The translations under genes and the position numbers were made by a program. A stretch of 64,000 nucleotides of DNA from an uncultured Nitrospinaceae bacterium (lineage in GTDB: Bacteria > UBA8248), in assembly GCA_964005815.1 (NCBI GenBank), contig CAXFSR010000037.1:1-64000 (forward strand), in the 5' to 3' direction. Every line of letters starts with the position of its first letter. Positions within the stretch are counted from its first letter, which is position 1. The notes below the pieces were generated by a model. That model saw nothing but the letters and a program-made list of their open reading frames with translations, ran no database searches and was not told where the DNA came from. Below, piece after piece: positions 19,274 through 29,445 of the stretch.

Positions 19274-20239
19274 TCATTTTTCTAAAACTGATTTCCCAAA
19301 CAATTCTTCTATCTGGATAACTCTATCTGTCAAACCTTGTTCGTGTGCATACAAAGTAAGCTTTTCTAGCGTCTTAATGTTTTTCTTAACTCCATAAGGC
19401 CAGTAGTCATCCCCAAAAATAGAGCGTGTTTCATCCATAAAAGCCGGCAAAAAAGGAATCATAGCGGAAAGTGCGCCAGTATCACTTAAACTTTCTATTG
19501 TTTTTTTTCTACTCTCTTCTAGAGCATCAAAGAGATTCTTTAATAACCAAGGGTATTGTTCATTTATCTGTTTTCTTAATACAACACAATGCATTATAGG
19601 ATGAACTCCAGTCCTCTTGTAATAATCTATCTCGTCATTCTTATAATCAGGAAATAATCGAAACACTTTATCAGGACTCTTCAAGAAGGCCTGAGGAACC
19701 TGATGTATAAGAGCAGCATCTATCTCACCCGTTTCAAGCAAATCGGACAGGTTTTTATCTGAAGGTATCAAGCTTATTTTACAACCGTCAGGCATTTGAA
19801 TTGGCACTCTCGGTTCTTTAGCAGCAAACCAATCTACAGTTTTAATATCAAAACCATACTCTTCTTTCAAAATGCCAATAATCCAAACAACTGCCGTCAT
19901 CCCCCATTCTCTAATTCCTATTTTCTTTCCGTTTAAGTCAGCAGGAACCTTAATACCTGAATTTGCGTTAGCATAAACCATCGAATGTCTAAATACACGA
20001 CTGGGAAAAGCTGGTATTCCTACAAATGGAGAATTCCCTTTAGCAAGCATAAAAAGGTGCGCGCCCATAGACATCTCTGACAAATCGAATTCTTCATATC
20101 TACACATTCGATAAAAAATATCACTAGGCGAAAATTTTAAAACCCTAAGATTTACGCCTGAAGGTGAAATTACGTCAGTATCAAGTAAATGTGTTCGATC
20201 ATAATCTCCAAATGCTCCAGTTAATTCCAAATCTGACAT
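19274..20239 (-). CDS. 4,5-dihydroxyphthalate decarboxylase-like (PBP2-fold) protein
   Basis: GDYDRT, EFDLSEMS, FPSRVFRHS, YYKRTGVHPIMH and DYWPYG...HEQGL motifs. Confidence 0.8.
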   Translation of the reverse strand: MSDLELTGAFGDYDRTHLLDTDVISPSGVNLRVLKFSPSDIFYRMCRYEEFDLSEMSMGAHLFMLAKGNSPFVGIPAFPSRVFRHSMVYANANSGIKVPADLNGKKIGIREWGMTAVVWIIGILKEEYGFDIKTVDWFAAKEPRVPIQMPDGCKISLIPSDKNLSDLLETGEIDAALIHQVPQAFLKSPDKVFRLFPDYKNDEIDYYKRTGVHPIMHCVVLRKQINEQYPWLLKNLFDALEESRKKTIESLSDTGALSAMIPFLPAFMDETRSIFGDDYWPYGVKKNIKTLEKLTLYAHEQGLTDRVIQIEELFGKSVLEK

Positions 20240-20487
20240 TAGAGTAATCCCTCACTTAAAGTGTTTGGTATAGGAAAGAAGAAGATACAGAATTTCTCAT
20301 AAATTAAAACGAATAGCAATTAATACTCATTTTTTTAAATTAGATCTTAATTCACTCTACAACCAAAAAAAAAAATATTACAGATAGGTTTTTTAATTGA
20401 AACTGATACAATGTAGAAAACTTGAATCGGAAAGAAAACTAACCTATTTTAAAGAACTATATTCTAAAATAATTTGAATGGGGAAAA

Positions 20488-22095
20488 ATGAATAATGCAG
20501 ATTTAATCGTTAAGACATTAAAAAAAGCAGGAATTAAATACGGTTTCGGAATACCAAGCGGTAATGTTCTTCCTTTAATGGAAGCTATGAGAAAAGGAGG
20601 AATACAATTTGTTTTGACAGCTCATGAAGGTTCTGCAAGTTTTGCCGCCGACGTCATGGGTCGTCTTACTGGCAAGCCGGGATTTTGTATCTCAACTCTT
20701 GGACCTGGTGCGACAAATCTTTCAACAGGTATAGGAAGTGCTTTTCTAGACAGATCTCCAGTTATTGGAATTACATGCAATTTGAAAACTGAGCAATTAG
20801 GTCGTCGAATACAAATGTATATTGACCACCACAAACTTTTTGAACCTATTACGAAATCTAGCCTCGCGTTCAGAAAGAACAAAGTATCCTCCATACTCCA
20901 AAAGAGTTTAGAAATAGTAAACTCTGAACCATTTGGCCCAGTACATTTAGACCTACCAGAAGATATCGCGCTCTTGAAAACAAACGAGAAAGTTCCATTA
21001 ATACCTAAAACGAAAGATATAAGAAAAACTTCTAGTCGATCTATTCAAAAAGCAATCAAAATCTTGAATCGTTCTGATAAACCAATTGCAATACTTGGAG
21101 CATCAACTACAAGGATGAAGAATCCAAATCTTATTTTGAAATTTTTGGAAAATCTTCAAATTCCTTTCGCCTCTACAACAATGGCAAAAGGAATAATCTC
21201 CGAGGATCACCCTCTTTCTATAGGATGTATAGAAAGAGGAAAAAGACAGATACAAAGAGAATTTTTGAGTACTTCTGACCTCATAGTAGGATTAGGATAT
21301 GATGTGATAGAAGTAGAGTATGAAGCATGGATTAAAGATACCCCATTACTTAGTATAGACATAGAAAAAGCAGATACAGATAATTCGGTAGAAATTGCAC
21401 ACGAGGTAATTGGTAACCTTGATTTCTCAATCCAAAATCTTTCAAAAGAAATAGGGACCAGAAAAAGATCACTTTGGGATAAAAACATTATCACTAAACA
21501 TAAAGTTAATTTTCAAAAAGGATTGAGACCTAGAACAAAAGGGTTCGCAGCACATGAAGCGATTGATATCGTCAGACATATCTTACCAAAAAATGGAATC
21601 ATCTCTTTCGATGTTGGAGCACACACACACCAAATTGCAAGTCAATGGACTGCATATGAACCAAAAACTTTTTTAATTACAAATGGATGGTCTTCAATGG
21701 GATTTGGATTACCTGGAGCAATCTCTGCAAAATTAGCTTCTCCCGATCGTCAAGTTGTTGCTTTAATTGGAGATGGTTGTTTTCAAATGACTTGTGGAGA
21801 ACTTGCTGTAGCAAAAAGATTAAACATTACTCTCCCTGTTGTTGTCTTAGATGATAGTTGGCTCTCTTTAATTCAAGTAAAACAAGACAGAAGATCTTAT
21901 GAATTATACGGAACAAAATTAAATGAAAGGTCTCCGAAATCACCACCTTCACATTACTTTGGAGTCCCAGCATATGGGGCAAATACTCCTGATGATTTAG
22001 AAAAATTACTAAAAAAAGCATTTAAATATGCAGGACCGTCAGTTATAGAAGCAAAAGTGAATCCAGAACATTATATGGAAACAGTTTTTGATTGA
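20488..22095 (+). CDS. ThDP-dependent enzyme (acetolactate-synthase-like)
   Basis: HEGSASFAAD, TLGPGATN, SSMGFGLPGA and GDGCFQM motifs. Confidence 0.9.
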   Translation: MNNADLIVKTLKKAGIKYGFGIPSGNVLPLMEAMRKGGIQFVLTAHEGSASFAADVMGRLTGKPGFCISTLGPGATNLSTGIGSAFLDRSPVIGITCNLKTEQLGRRIQMYIDHHKLFEPITKSSLAFRKNKVSSILQKSLEIVNSEPFGPVHLDLPEDIALLKTNEKVPLIPKTKDIRKTSSRSIQKAIKILNRSDKPIAILGASTTRMKNPNLILKFLENLQIPFASTTMAKGIISEDHPLSIGCIERGKRQIQREFLSTSDLIVGLGYDVIEVEYEAWIKDTPLLSIDIEKADTDNSVEIAHEVIGNLDFSIQNLSKEIGTRKRSLWDKNIITKHKVNFQKGLRPRTKGFAAHEAIDIVRHILPKNGIISFDVGAHTHQIASQWTAYEPKTFLITNGWSSMGFGLPGAISAKLASPDRQVVALIGDGCFQMTCGELAVAKRLNITLPVVVLDDSWLSLIQVKQDRRSYELYGTKLNERSPKSPPSHYFGVPAYGANTPDDLEKLLKKAFKYAGPSVIEAKVNPEHYMETVFD

Positions 22096-22117
22096 TTACA
22101 GAAGATGAGGTACTCCA

Positions 22118-23902
22118 ATGGAATTTAAAAAAGTTGGAATAATTGGGATAGGCACAATGGGCTCAAATATTGCGATTTTGTGTGCAAAAGCTGGCCTGTC
22201 CACATTTATTACTGATGAAAATCAAGAAAATTTGAAAAATGGTTTTGAAAATATAAAAAACTTTCTGTCTACTGGAATCACAAAAGGGAAACTAACATCA
22301 GAACAAAAGAAATCAATCGAGAACTCAATACAACAAGTGAAAACAATTCAATCACTGAACGATTGCGATATAATTATTGAAGCTATAGTTGAAGATCAAA
22401 ATACAAAAAACAAACTATTCAAAAATTTAAATTCGTTTGTTAAAGAAGAAACTATTTTTGCTTCAAACACCAGCACATTATCAATAACCAACATGGGATT
22501 ACATTCTGGTCGTCCAGACAGGACAATAGGAACACACTTTTGTCTTCCTGCAACTTTAAACAAAACAGTTGAAATTACATCGGGAATCAATACTAGCGAA
22601 AATACTTATACAAAGACTTTCGAGTTTTTAGAAAGATTGGGACAAATTCCTACAAGAACAAAAGACTCTCCTGGTTTTATCTTAAACTATTTTTTATCTC
22701 CTTTTTTAAATGATTGTATTCATTTAATTGAAACCGGATATACCAATCCTTCGGATCTCGACACAGCAGTAAAATTAGGTCTTGGCTACAAAATAGGTCC
22801 AATGGAGTTGCTAGATATTGAAGGTCTGGACATTCATAGAACCGTCTCTCTTTCTCTTTATAAACAACTTAAAGACCCTAGATATAAACCGCCAGATTTG
22901 GTTAACAAAATGATTGACTCTGGTTATATAGGAACAAAAAGCGGAAAGGGCTTTTACAACTACAAAAAACCAGGATTTTACGGAACAGTTGAAAAAGAAC
23001 ATACATCTATAGAAAAGAAAGAAGATATCAATTTTCCTGAAAATATAAAAAAAATAGGTATTGTAGGATTAGGAACTATGGGAAGTGGAATTGCACAGGT
23101 TTGCCTAACCTCCGGATTTGAAGTTTTTGGAGTAGAAGAGAACAATAAAATTTTAACCAAAGGACTAGAAAAGATAAAAGGAAATCTTGAAATTGCAGTT
23201 CAAAGAGGAAAACTAGATTCTTCTATAAAATCAGAAATTTTAACTCGATTACAAGGTTCAACTGATTTGAATTCTTTGGCTGAATGTGACTTAGTTATTG
23301 AAGTTATAATTGAGAATCTTGACGCAAAAACTGAAATGTTTAGAGAACTCGACAAAATAGTTAAAAAGGATGCTTTCTTAGCATCGAACACTTCATGTCT
23401 ATCCGTTACATCGATTGCTTCTTCAACAAATCGACCTGATAAAGTTCTAGGTCTACATTTCTTTAATCCTCCTTACGCGATGAAACTTGTTGAAGTAATA
23501 CAGGCTATTCAAACTTCTGAAAAAACCTTTGCATTTGGAAAAGAATTTTGTAAAAAAATAGGGAAAGTTCCCATCCCAGTCCAAGATCGCCCAGGATTTC
23601 TCGTTAATCGTCTTTTAATTCCATACCTAAATCATGCTGCTCAAGCATTCGATGAAAAATTAGCTACTCGGGAAAATATGGATAAAGTTATCAGTTCAGG
23701 ATTAGGCTACCCGATGGGTCCGCTTACACTCTTAGATTTAGTGGGTATTGATGTCCAAACATTTGTTTCAGACGCAATGTTTGAAGAACTCGGAGAATCA
23801 CGCTTTATGCCTCCTCCTATTTTAAGACGTATGTCTTCTGCTAAGTGGTTAGGAAGAAAATCAGGTATAGGATTCTATGAATACAAACAAAAACAAAGGT
23901 AA
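22118..23902 (+). CDS. Tandem-duplicated 3-hydroxyacyl/3-hydroxybutyryl-CoA dehydrogenase
   Basis: Two complete units, each with GxGTMG, EAIVE/EVIIE, ASNTS, HF, PGF.N and G.KSG.GFY.Y. Confidence 0.9.
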   Translation: MEFKKVGIIGIGTMGSNIAILCAKAGLSTFITDENQENLKNGFENIKNFLSTGITKGKLTSEQKKSIENSIQQVKTIQSLNDCDIIIEAIVEDQNTKNKLFKNLNSFVKEETIFASNTSTLSITNMGLHSGRPDRTIGTHFCLPATLNKTVEITSGINTSENTYTKTFEFLERLGQIPTRTKDSPGFILNYFLSPFLNDCIHLIETGYTNPSDLDTAVKLGLGYKIGPMELLDIEGLDIHRTVSLSLYKQLKDPRYKPPDLVNKMIDSGYIGTKSGKGFYNYKKPGFYGTVEKEHTSIEKKEDINFPENIKKIGIVGLGTMGSGIAQVCLTSGFEVFGVEENNKILTKGLEKIKGNLEIAVQRGKLDSSIKSEILTRLQGSTDLNSLAECDLVIEVIIENLDAKTEMFRELDKIVKKDAFLASNTSCLSVTSIASSTNRPDKVLGLHFFNPPYAMKLVEVIQAIQTSEKTFAFGKEFCKKIGKVPIPVQDRPGFLVNRLLIPYLNHAAQAFDEKLATRENMDKVISSGLGYPMGPLTLLDLVGIDVQTFVSDAMFEELGESRFMPPPILRRMSSAKWLGRKSGIGFYEYKQKQR

Positions 23903-23932
23903 ATTTCATTAATTTAAATAACAGAGTAAAAG

Positions 23933-24898
23933 ATGTATCGTAAATTCACTAAACCAACAGTAGTAATCAGTAAATGTCTAGAGTTTGATTCATGTAGATA
24001 TAATGGATTAAAAATAAGTTTTGACCCACTTGATTTAATGATGCCTCATATTGATTTTATTCCTGTCTGTCCAGAAATCGAAATTGGACTTGGAACTCCT
24101 AGAGACCCGATAAGAATAGTTCAAAAGAAAAATTTAACTCTTGTACAACCTTCTACAAATAAAAAACTTACCTTCTCAATGAATCAATTTGCAAATTCGT
24201 TCCTAAACAACCTAGAAACTGTAGATGGATTCATTTTGAAAGCAAAATCACCATCCTGCGGAATAAAAGATGCAAAATACTACTTCAAACAAGACAAAGA
24301 ACAAAGTGCGGGAAAGGGGCCAGGTCTTTTCACAAAAAAAGTTATAAAAGTATTTCCTGGACTTGCTATAGAAGACGAGGGAAGACTTAGGAATTTTCAT
24401 ATACGAGAACATTTTTTCACCAAGCTTTTTGCCTTATCATCATTTAGGGATACGAAAAAAACAAAAAAAATGTCTTCATTAATTAAATATCATGCAAATA
24501 ATAAATTTTTAATGATGGCCTATAATGAGAAAACTATGAGAAAACTTGGCAAAATTATTGCTTCTTATAATAAATCTAACCTCACAAAAGTATTTAGGGC
24601 ATATGAAAAGAATCTACAGTTAGTTTTCGAAAAACCATATAGAAGAAAAACTAATGTTAATGTATTAATGCACGTAATGGGATTTTTCTCTAAACTTTTA
24701 ACTCAGAAAGAAAAAAAATTTATTTTGCATCTCTTTAAACAATATTCAGACAGAAGAGTCCCATTGTCTGCTCTTATACAAGTTATCCGCTCTTGGATTA
24801 CAAGGTATCAGAATAGTTACCTTGAAAACCAGACGTACTTTGAACCCTATCCCTTTGAGTTGATGGATATTTCAAATTCAGGCAAAGGAAATTTGTAA
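23933..24898 (+). CDS. ybgA: YbgA family (DUF523 TudS-like + DUF1722)
   Basis: SKCL...RYNG, VCPE.EIGLGTPR, KSPSCG, EDEGRL, NVLMHVMGFF and YLENQTYFEPYP motifs. Confidence 0.88.
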   Translation: MYRKFTKPTVVISKCLEFDSCRYNGLKISFDPLDLMMPHIDFIPVCPEIEIGLGTPRDPIRIVQKKNLTLVQPSTNKKLTFSMNQFANSFLNNLETVDGFILKAKSPSCGIKDAKYYFKQDKEQSAGKGPGLFTKKVIKVFPGLAIEDEGRLRNFHIREHFFTKLFALSSFRDTKKTKKMSSLIKYHANNKFLMMAYNEKTMRKLGKIIASYNKSNLTKVFRAYEKNLQLVFEKPYRRKTNVNVLMHVMGFFSKLLTQKEKKFILHLFKQYSDRRVPLSALIQVIRSWITRYQNSYLENQTYFEPYPFELMDISNSGKGNL

Positions 24899-24922
24899 AA
24901 ATTTTGAATACAGGAGAAAAAA

Positions 24923-25954
24923 ATGAAATGTGTCCGTTTTCATGAATATGGAGGACCTGAAGTTTTAAAAGTGGAAGATATAGAAGAACCTACTCCCAGT
25001 CCTGGGAAAGTTTTAGTTAAAGTAAGAGCTGTTGGACTTAATCATTTAGACCTTTGGGTAAGGAAAGGGTTGCCAGGAATAAAATCTGTGATGCCTCATA
25101 TAGGTGGTTCAGATTTTACTGGTGAAATAGTTGCTTTGGGAGAAGGAGTTAATGATCTAGAGGTAGGACAACCCATAATAGATTTTCCTCTAGAAAGTTA
25201 CGGAGGGGTCCCTTTTTATCTTTGTGACGATCCTCCAAAAGGCACATTTGAAATTATTGGAGAACAATCAAATGGTGCTTGCTGTGAATTTATTAATGTT
25301 ACCAGACCTAACATATTACCTTTACCGAAAAATCTTAGTTTCGAAGAGGGAGCTGCTATTCCTATTGTATTCATAACTGCTTGGAGAATGCTCACCGAAA
25401 GAGCAAAGCTAAAAATGGGCGAAACTCTTCTCATTCAAGGTGCAGGAAGTGGTGTAGGTTCTGCCGCGATACAAATTGGAAAATTAATCGGAGCTAAGGT
25501 AATTGCTTGTACAAGTACAGAAAAAAAAGCTAAACAAGCATTAGATTTAGGTGCAGATGAAATAATTAACTATAAAAACGAATCTATAAGTGAAAGAGTT
25601 AAAGAAATTACAAAAAATGCTGGTGTCGACGTGATTCTAGAACATGTAGGAGACGCAACATGGAAAGAAAGTATAAAGAGTGCTGCTTATCACGGCCGTA
25701 TTGTAACATGCGGAGCAACTACTGGTTTTAAAGGAGAAACAAATCTTGCTCTCCTTTTTGCAAAACAACTTTCTGTTTTAGGAAGTACAATGGGAACCTT
25801 GCCCTCGTTTAAAAAACTTCTGTCTTTCTTTGAAGAAGGAAAATTAAAACCGGTTGTTGACTGCGTAATGAAACTTGAAGACTGTAAAGAAGCTCACGAA
25901 AAATTAGAAGAAGGCAAACAATTTGGGAAAATAGTTTTACAAGTTAACAATTAG
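24923..25954 (+). CDS. MDR-family quinone oxidoreductase / Zn-binding dehydrogenase-like
   Basis: YGGPEVL, LNHLD, GAGSGVG and GKQFGKIVL motifs. Confidence 0.9.
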   Translation: MKCVRFHEYGGPEVLKVEDIEEPTPSPGKVLVKVRAVGLNHLDLWVRKGLPGIKSVMPHIGGSDFTGEIVALGEGVNDLEVGQPIIDFPLESYGGVPFYLCDDPPKGTFEIIGEQSNGACCEFINVTRPNILPLPKNLSFEEGAAIPIVFITAWRMLTERAKLKMGETLLIQGAGSGVGSAAIQIGKLIGAKVIACTSTEKKAKQALDLGADEIINYKNESISERVKEITKNAGVDVILEHVGDATWKESIKSAAYHGRIVTCGATTGFKGETNLALLFAKQLSVLGSTMGTLPSFKKLLSFFEEGKLKPVVDCVMKLEDCKEAHEKLEEGKQFGKIVLQVNN

Positions 25955-25968
25955 ATAGAAAGAGAAAA

Positions 25969-27120
25969 ATGTTAAATATTCCAGGTACACTCAATAAAAA
26001 TCTTTATCCTGATATTCCAATCTCAGAATATGAAAGAAGACATATACTTATAGAAGAAAGAATGGACTTAGAAGATGTTGATTGCTTAGTACTTTTTGGA
26101 GGAAGAGATAATTTTTTTCCAAATCCAGAATCGAGATGGATTACAGGATTATATGATCGACATTTTTTTATGATTGTTTTTCAGAGGAAGGGAATTTCCA
26201 CTATCTTCACTAAATCTCAAAGGGCTATCGAAAGTCTTCAAAAAAGAACCATATTTAAAGACATAAGGCTAATCAATACCAGTTACGAACAAATACTCAT
26301 TGATCACCTTAGAAATATCAATCTTGAACAAGGGAAAATAGGATTCTTGAAAGAAAGAAATGAATTCCAATACCCAAAACTCAATTTAAAAAACATTGAA
26401 TCAGATCTTCCAGAAATAAGTCTAAAATTAGAACTTAACAATTTTTCAAATTTAATGTCTCAAAAAAGTTCGACTGAGCTTGTTTTTTACCGCTATGGAT
26501 CTAAATGTACAGATATCGCCGCAGAAAGTTACATTCAGCAAATTGAGCCTAATCTCACAGAAAGTGAACTATTTGGGGAACTCGCTAAATCAGGATACAG
26601 TAGTGGAGGGATAACAGAATTTTGTGCTGTTTCTATTAATTCCAGTTTACAAAATTGTACAGAACCCTCAATCAATCCTTCTTTAAAAAAATTGTCTAAT
26701 AAAGACTTTATCTTAAATCAATTAAGTGTATCCTACGGCAATTGTCCTGGATATATCCTTTTTCCTTCTGTTTTAGGTGAACCTGATCCTTCTTTTAAAG
26801 AAACTTTATCCCTTTATAGTGAAATAATTAAACAGACTACTCCATTAATAAAACCTGGAAAAACTATAAATGATATCTTACAAGAGGCAAAAAAACTTTC
26901 TACTTCTAAATTAAAGATTACCGAATTTATTGCAGAAGGACGAAATCACTATAATAGCCAAACAAAATTTCCTGATAAACTTACGGAAAATCAATTAGTA
27001 ATAGTTCAACCAAGAGGTTTAATAGAAAACAAAGAGATGCCACCTCTGATTGGTTCTCTATTTGTAGTTACAGAAGAAGGTGGCAAAGAATTACAAAATT
27101 TCAAACCAAAAATACAATAA
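25969..27120 (+). CDS. M24 / creatinase-fold protein, divergent
   Basis: SEYERRH...DCLVLFG N-terminus, KSSTEL, TESEL and PLIKPGKT; canonical metal ligands are not recognisable. Confidence 0.6.
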   Translation: MLNIPGTLNKNLYPDIPISEYERRHILIEERMDLEDVDCLVLFGGRDNFFPNPESRWITGLYDRHFFMIVFQRKGISTIFTKSQRAIESLQKRTIFKDIRLINTSYEQILIDHLRNINLEQGKIGFLKERNEFQYPKLNLKNIESDLPEISLKLELNNFSNLMSQKSSTELVFYRYGSKCTDIAAESYIQQIEPNLTESELFGELAKSGYSSGGITEFCAVSINSSLQNCTEPSINPSLKKLSNKDFILNQLSVSYGNCPGYILFPSVLGEPDPSFKETLSLYSEIIKQTTPLIKPGKTINDILQEAKKLSTSKLKITEFIAEGRNHYNSQTKFPDKLTENQLVIVQPRGLIENKEMPPLIGSLFVVTEEGGKELQNFKPKIQ

Positions 27121-27174
27121 TAAAATTTAAAATCTAACCTTTTCTCATTATAAAAAGAGGTGTATTTTCTAAAT

Positions 27175-27271
27175 GGGAGCACATCGGTGCTGGTGTGCCG
27201 CCTGGACTTCAAATCCAGTGGGCGGGTCTAAACAATTCGTCGGTGGGTTCGACTCCCACGTGCTCCCGCCA
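27175..27271 (+). tRNA. selC: tRNA-Sec (anticodon UCA)
   Basis: 8-bp acceptor GGGAGCAC/GTGCTCCC + GCCA; 6-bp D stem CGGTGC/GTGCCG with TGGT loop; anticodon arm CTGGA-CTTCAAA-TCCAG (TCA at 27209-27211); long variable arm; 5-bp T stem GTGGG-TTCGACT-CCCAC; 97 nt. Confidence 0.97.
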
Positions 27272-27297
27272 CTTTTAAAACTTTCAACCTAAATTCG

Positions 27298-28290
27298 TTA
27301 TTTGTCAGATAATTTAGAAAACCAGTCTTCAGTTTCTTTTTTAATAGTATCGGATGTCCATAGAGGAGCATTTTCCCAATCTTTCAGATTATCTAACATA
27401 ATTCTTACTCCTGAAGAAAATGAAATGTTTGCTTCCCAACCTAAAATCTTCTTAATCTTGGTAACATCTGCATGAGTACAATCCGGTTCTCCTGGTCTCT
27501 TTGGAATATATTCGATTTCTTTACATTCTAAAAGTTCAACGAGTCTATTAACACTTTGTGGAGAACCAGAACCTACATTAAAAATCTCTTGTCTAACTTG
27601 TGATTTTGCAGCCTGTAAGAATGCATTCACAACATCTGAAACAAAAGTAAAATCTCGCAACTGTGTACCATCTCCCACTACGGTGAGTGGTTTGTTATTA
27701 ATCTTTTGTGCAAGAAAAACACCAAAAACTGCACCATAAGTTCCGGTTGTTCTAGATCTAGGACCATAGACATTAAAAAGTCTAAGTGAAATGACTGGCA
27801 AATCATAGATTTTACCCCAGTGCAAAACACATTCTTCACCTAAATACTTAGTTAATGCGTATGGGTATTCAACTTGAATATCTGAAGATTCTGGTGTTGG
27901 ATAAAGTTTTGGTATTCCATAACAAGAAGACGAAGCAGCATAAACAAATCTCTTTACTCCATTGCCTCTAGAAAGTTCTAAAACATTCATTGTTCCTAAT
28001 GAATTCACACGAAAATAATTCTCAGGATTACTTATTGAGGGGACAATATCCGCTAAACCGGCTAAATGAAAAACCCAATCAATTTCATCGAAATATTTTG
28101 AAATCTTTTCTTTTTCTGTGATACTTTCATCGATAATCTGAAGATTTTTCTTAGATTTAGCCCGAGCAAGATTATCTAATCTTCCTGTAGACAAATCATC
28201 GATTACGATAACTTCGTGGTTCTCAAGTAAGAGCGCGTCTACTAGGTGACTACCTATAAAACCAGCACCTCCTGTTACCAATGTTCTCAT
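27298..28290 (-). CDS. NAD-dependent nucleotide-sugar epimerase/dehydratase
   Basis: TGGAGFIGSH, ASSSCYG, YALTK and FNVYGPR motifs. Confidence 0.93.
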   Translation of the reverse strand: MRTLVTGGAGFIGSHLVDALLLENHEVIVIDDLSTGRLDNLARAKSKKNLQIIDESITEKEKISKYFDEIDWVFHLAGLADIVPSISNPENYFRVNSLGTMNVLELSRGNGVKRFVYAASSSCYGIPKLYPTPESSDIQVEYPYALTKYLGEECVLHWGKIYDLPVISLRLFNVYGPRSRTTGTYGAVFGVFLAQKINNKPLTVVGDGTQLRDFTFVSDVVNAFLQAAKSQVRQEIFNVGSGSPQSVNRLVELLECKEIEYIPKRPGEPDCTHADVTKIKKILGWEANISFSSGVRIMLDNLKDWENAPLWTSDTIKKETEDWFSKLSDK

Positions 28291-28316
28291 TTTTTAAACT
28301 CTTTGATTTTATAGTT

Positions 28317-29426
28317 CTATCTTTTCTTATGAAAAAAGGAAAAGACAGAATCGATTGTATAATCTAATTCCTCGTCCGTTAAATGCTGATGGGCAGGAAG
28401 TGTGAGAATTTCTGAACAGTCCTTTTCTGCAAAAGGGAAATCACCTTGTTTATACCCTAAATATTCAGATGCTTTCTGTAAGTGCATAGGTATTGGATAA
28501 TGAATTTTTGCCTCAACCCCGCTCTCTTGTAAAAATTTAATAAGTTCGTTTCTTCTTTTTGTCCTAACTATATATAAGTGAAAAACATGTTTTACACCTT
28601 TTCTCCTTACTGGCACTTCTATATCGCCATTCAACAAACTAAGTGCCTCATCGTATTTTTTTGCATTTTGTATTCTTTTGTCAGTAATAAAACTTGTTTG
28701 TTCTATTAAACGATTGCCAATAACCGCTTGCAATGTATCCATTCTACAGTTAACACCAAAAAAACTAATTTCATCCCTATTAATCATCCCATGATTTCTG
28801 TAGAGCCTTAGATTCTCGGCCAGTTCATCATTTTCGGTTAAAACAATTCCGGCATCGCCCCAAACATTAAGATTCTTCAGTGGATGAAGGCTAAATGATA
28901 CTGCATCTCCCCAAGAACCAACCATCTGATCGTTTATGGAAGCACAAATTGATTGGCATGCATCTTCAATAACAAATAAATTATGTTTTTTCGCAATAGA
29001 AATTATCTCGGGCATGTCTGCCACATTTCCAGTGTAATGCACTGGGACAATTGCTTTAGTTTTGGGAGTAATAGCTGCTTCTATTTTACTGGGATCAATA
29101 ACAAATCCATCTTCACTATCAACAAAAACTGGTGTTGCTCCGGTCATAACAATCGCACCTACTGTTGCAACAAAAGTCATAGTAGTTGTAATTACCTCAT
29201 CACCAGAACCAATACCCAACATTTTGAGGGGAAGTGCAATTGCGTCTGTTCCGGTGCCTACACCAATACCATGCTTTGCTCCCATAAGAGAAGCAAAATT
29301 ATTTTCAAACTGTTCTAGAGAATTTCCAAGCGTAAAATCTCCAGATTCAACTAGTGATTTTATGTCTCTTAAATAATCATCTATATCAGAGAATTGCCTG
29401 TCGAGATAAGAAAATGGAACCTTCAT
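28317..29426 (-). CDS. DegT/DnrJ/EryC1/StrS aminotransferase
   Basis: GTGTDAI, EDACQ and SLHPLKNL...GDAG motifs. Confidence 0.93.
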   Translation of the reverse strand: MKVPFSYLDRQFSDIDDYLRDIKSLVESGDFTLGNSLEQFENNFASLMGAKHGIGVGTGTDAIALPLKMLGIGSGDEVITTTMTFVATVGAIVMTGATPVFVDSEDGFVIDPSKIEAAITPKTKAIVPVHYTGNVADMPEIISIAKKHNLFVIEDACQSICASINDQMVGSWGDAVSFSLHPLKNLNVWGDAGIVLTENDELAENLRLYRNHGMINRDEISFFGVNCRMDTLQAVIGNRLIEQTSFITDKRIQNAKKYDEALSLLNGDIEVPVRRKGVKHVFHLYIVRTKRRNELIKFLQESGVEAKIHYPIPMHLQKASEYLGYKQGDFPFAEKDCSEILTLPAHQHLTDEELDYTIDSVFSFFHKKR

Positions 29427-29445
29427 TTTGGAATTACTCCACTAA

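Noticed and set aside
20365..20375. A11 tract and other A/T homopolymers as phase-variation sites
   Set aside because: Expected in very AT-rich intergenic DNA; no associated frameshift seen.
27006..27212. 68-aa minus-strand ORF
   Set aside because: It overlaps tRNA-Sec and the M24-like gene in antisense; spurious.
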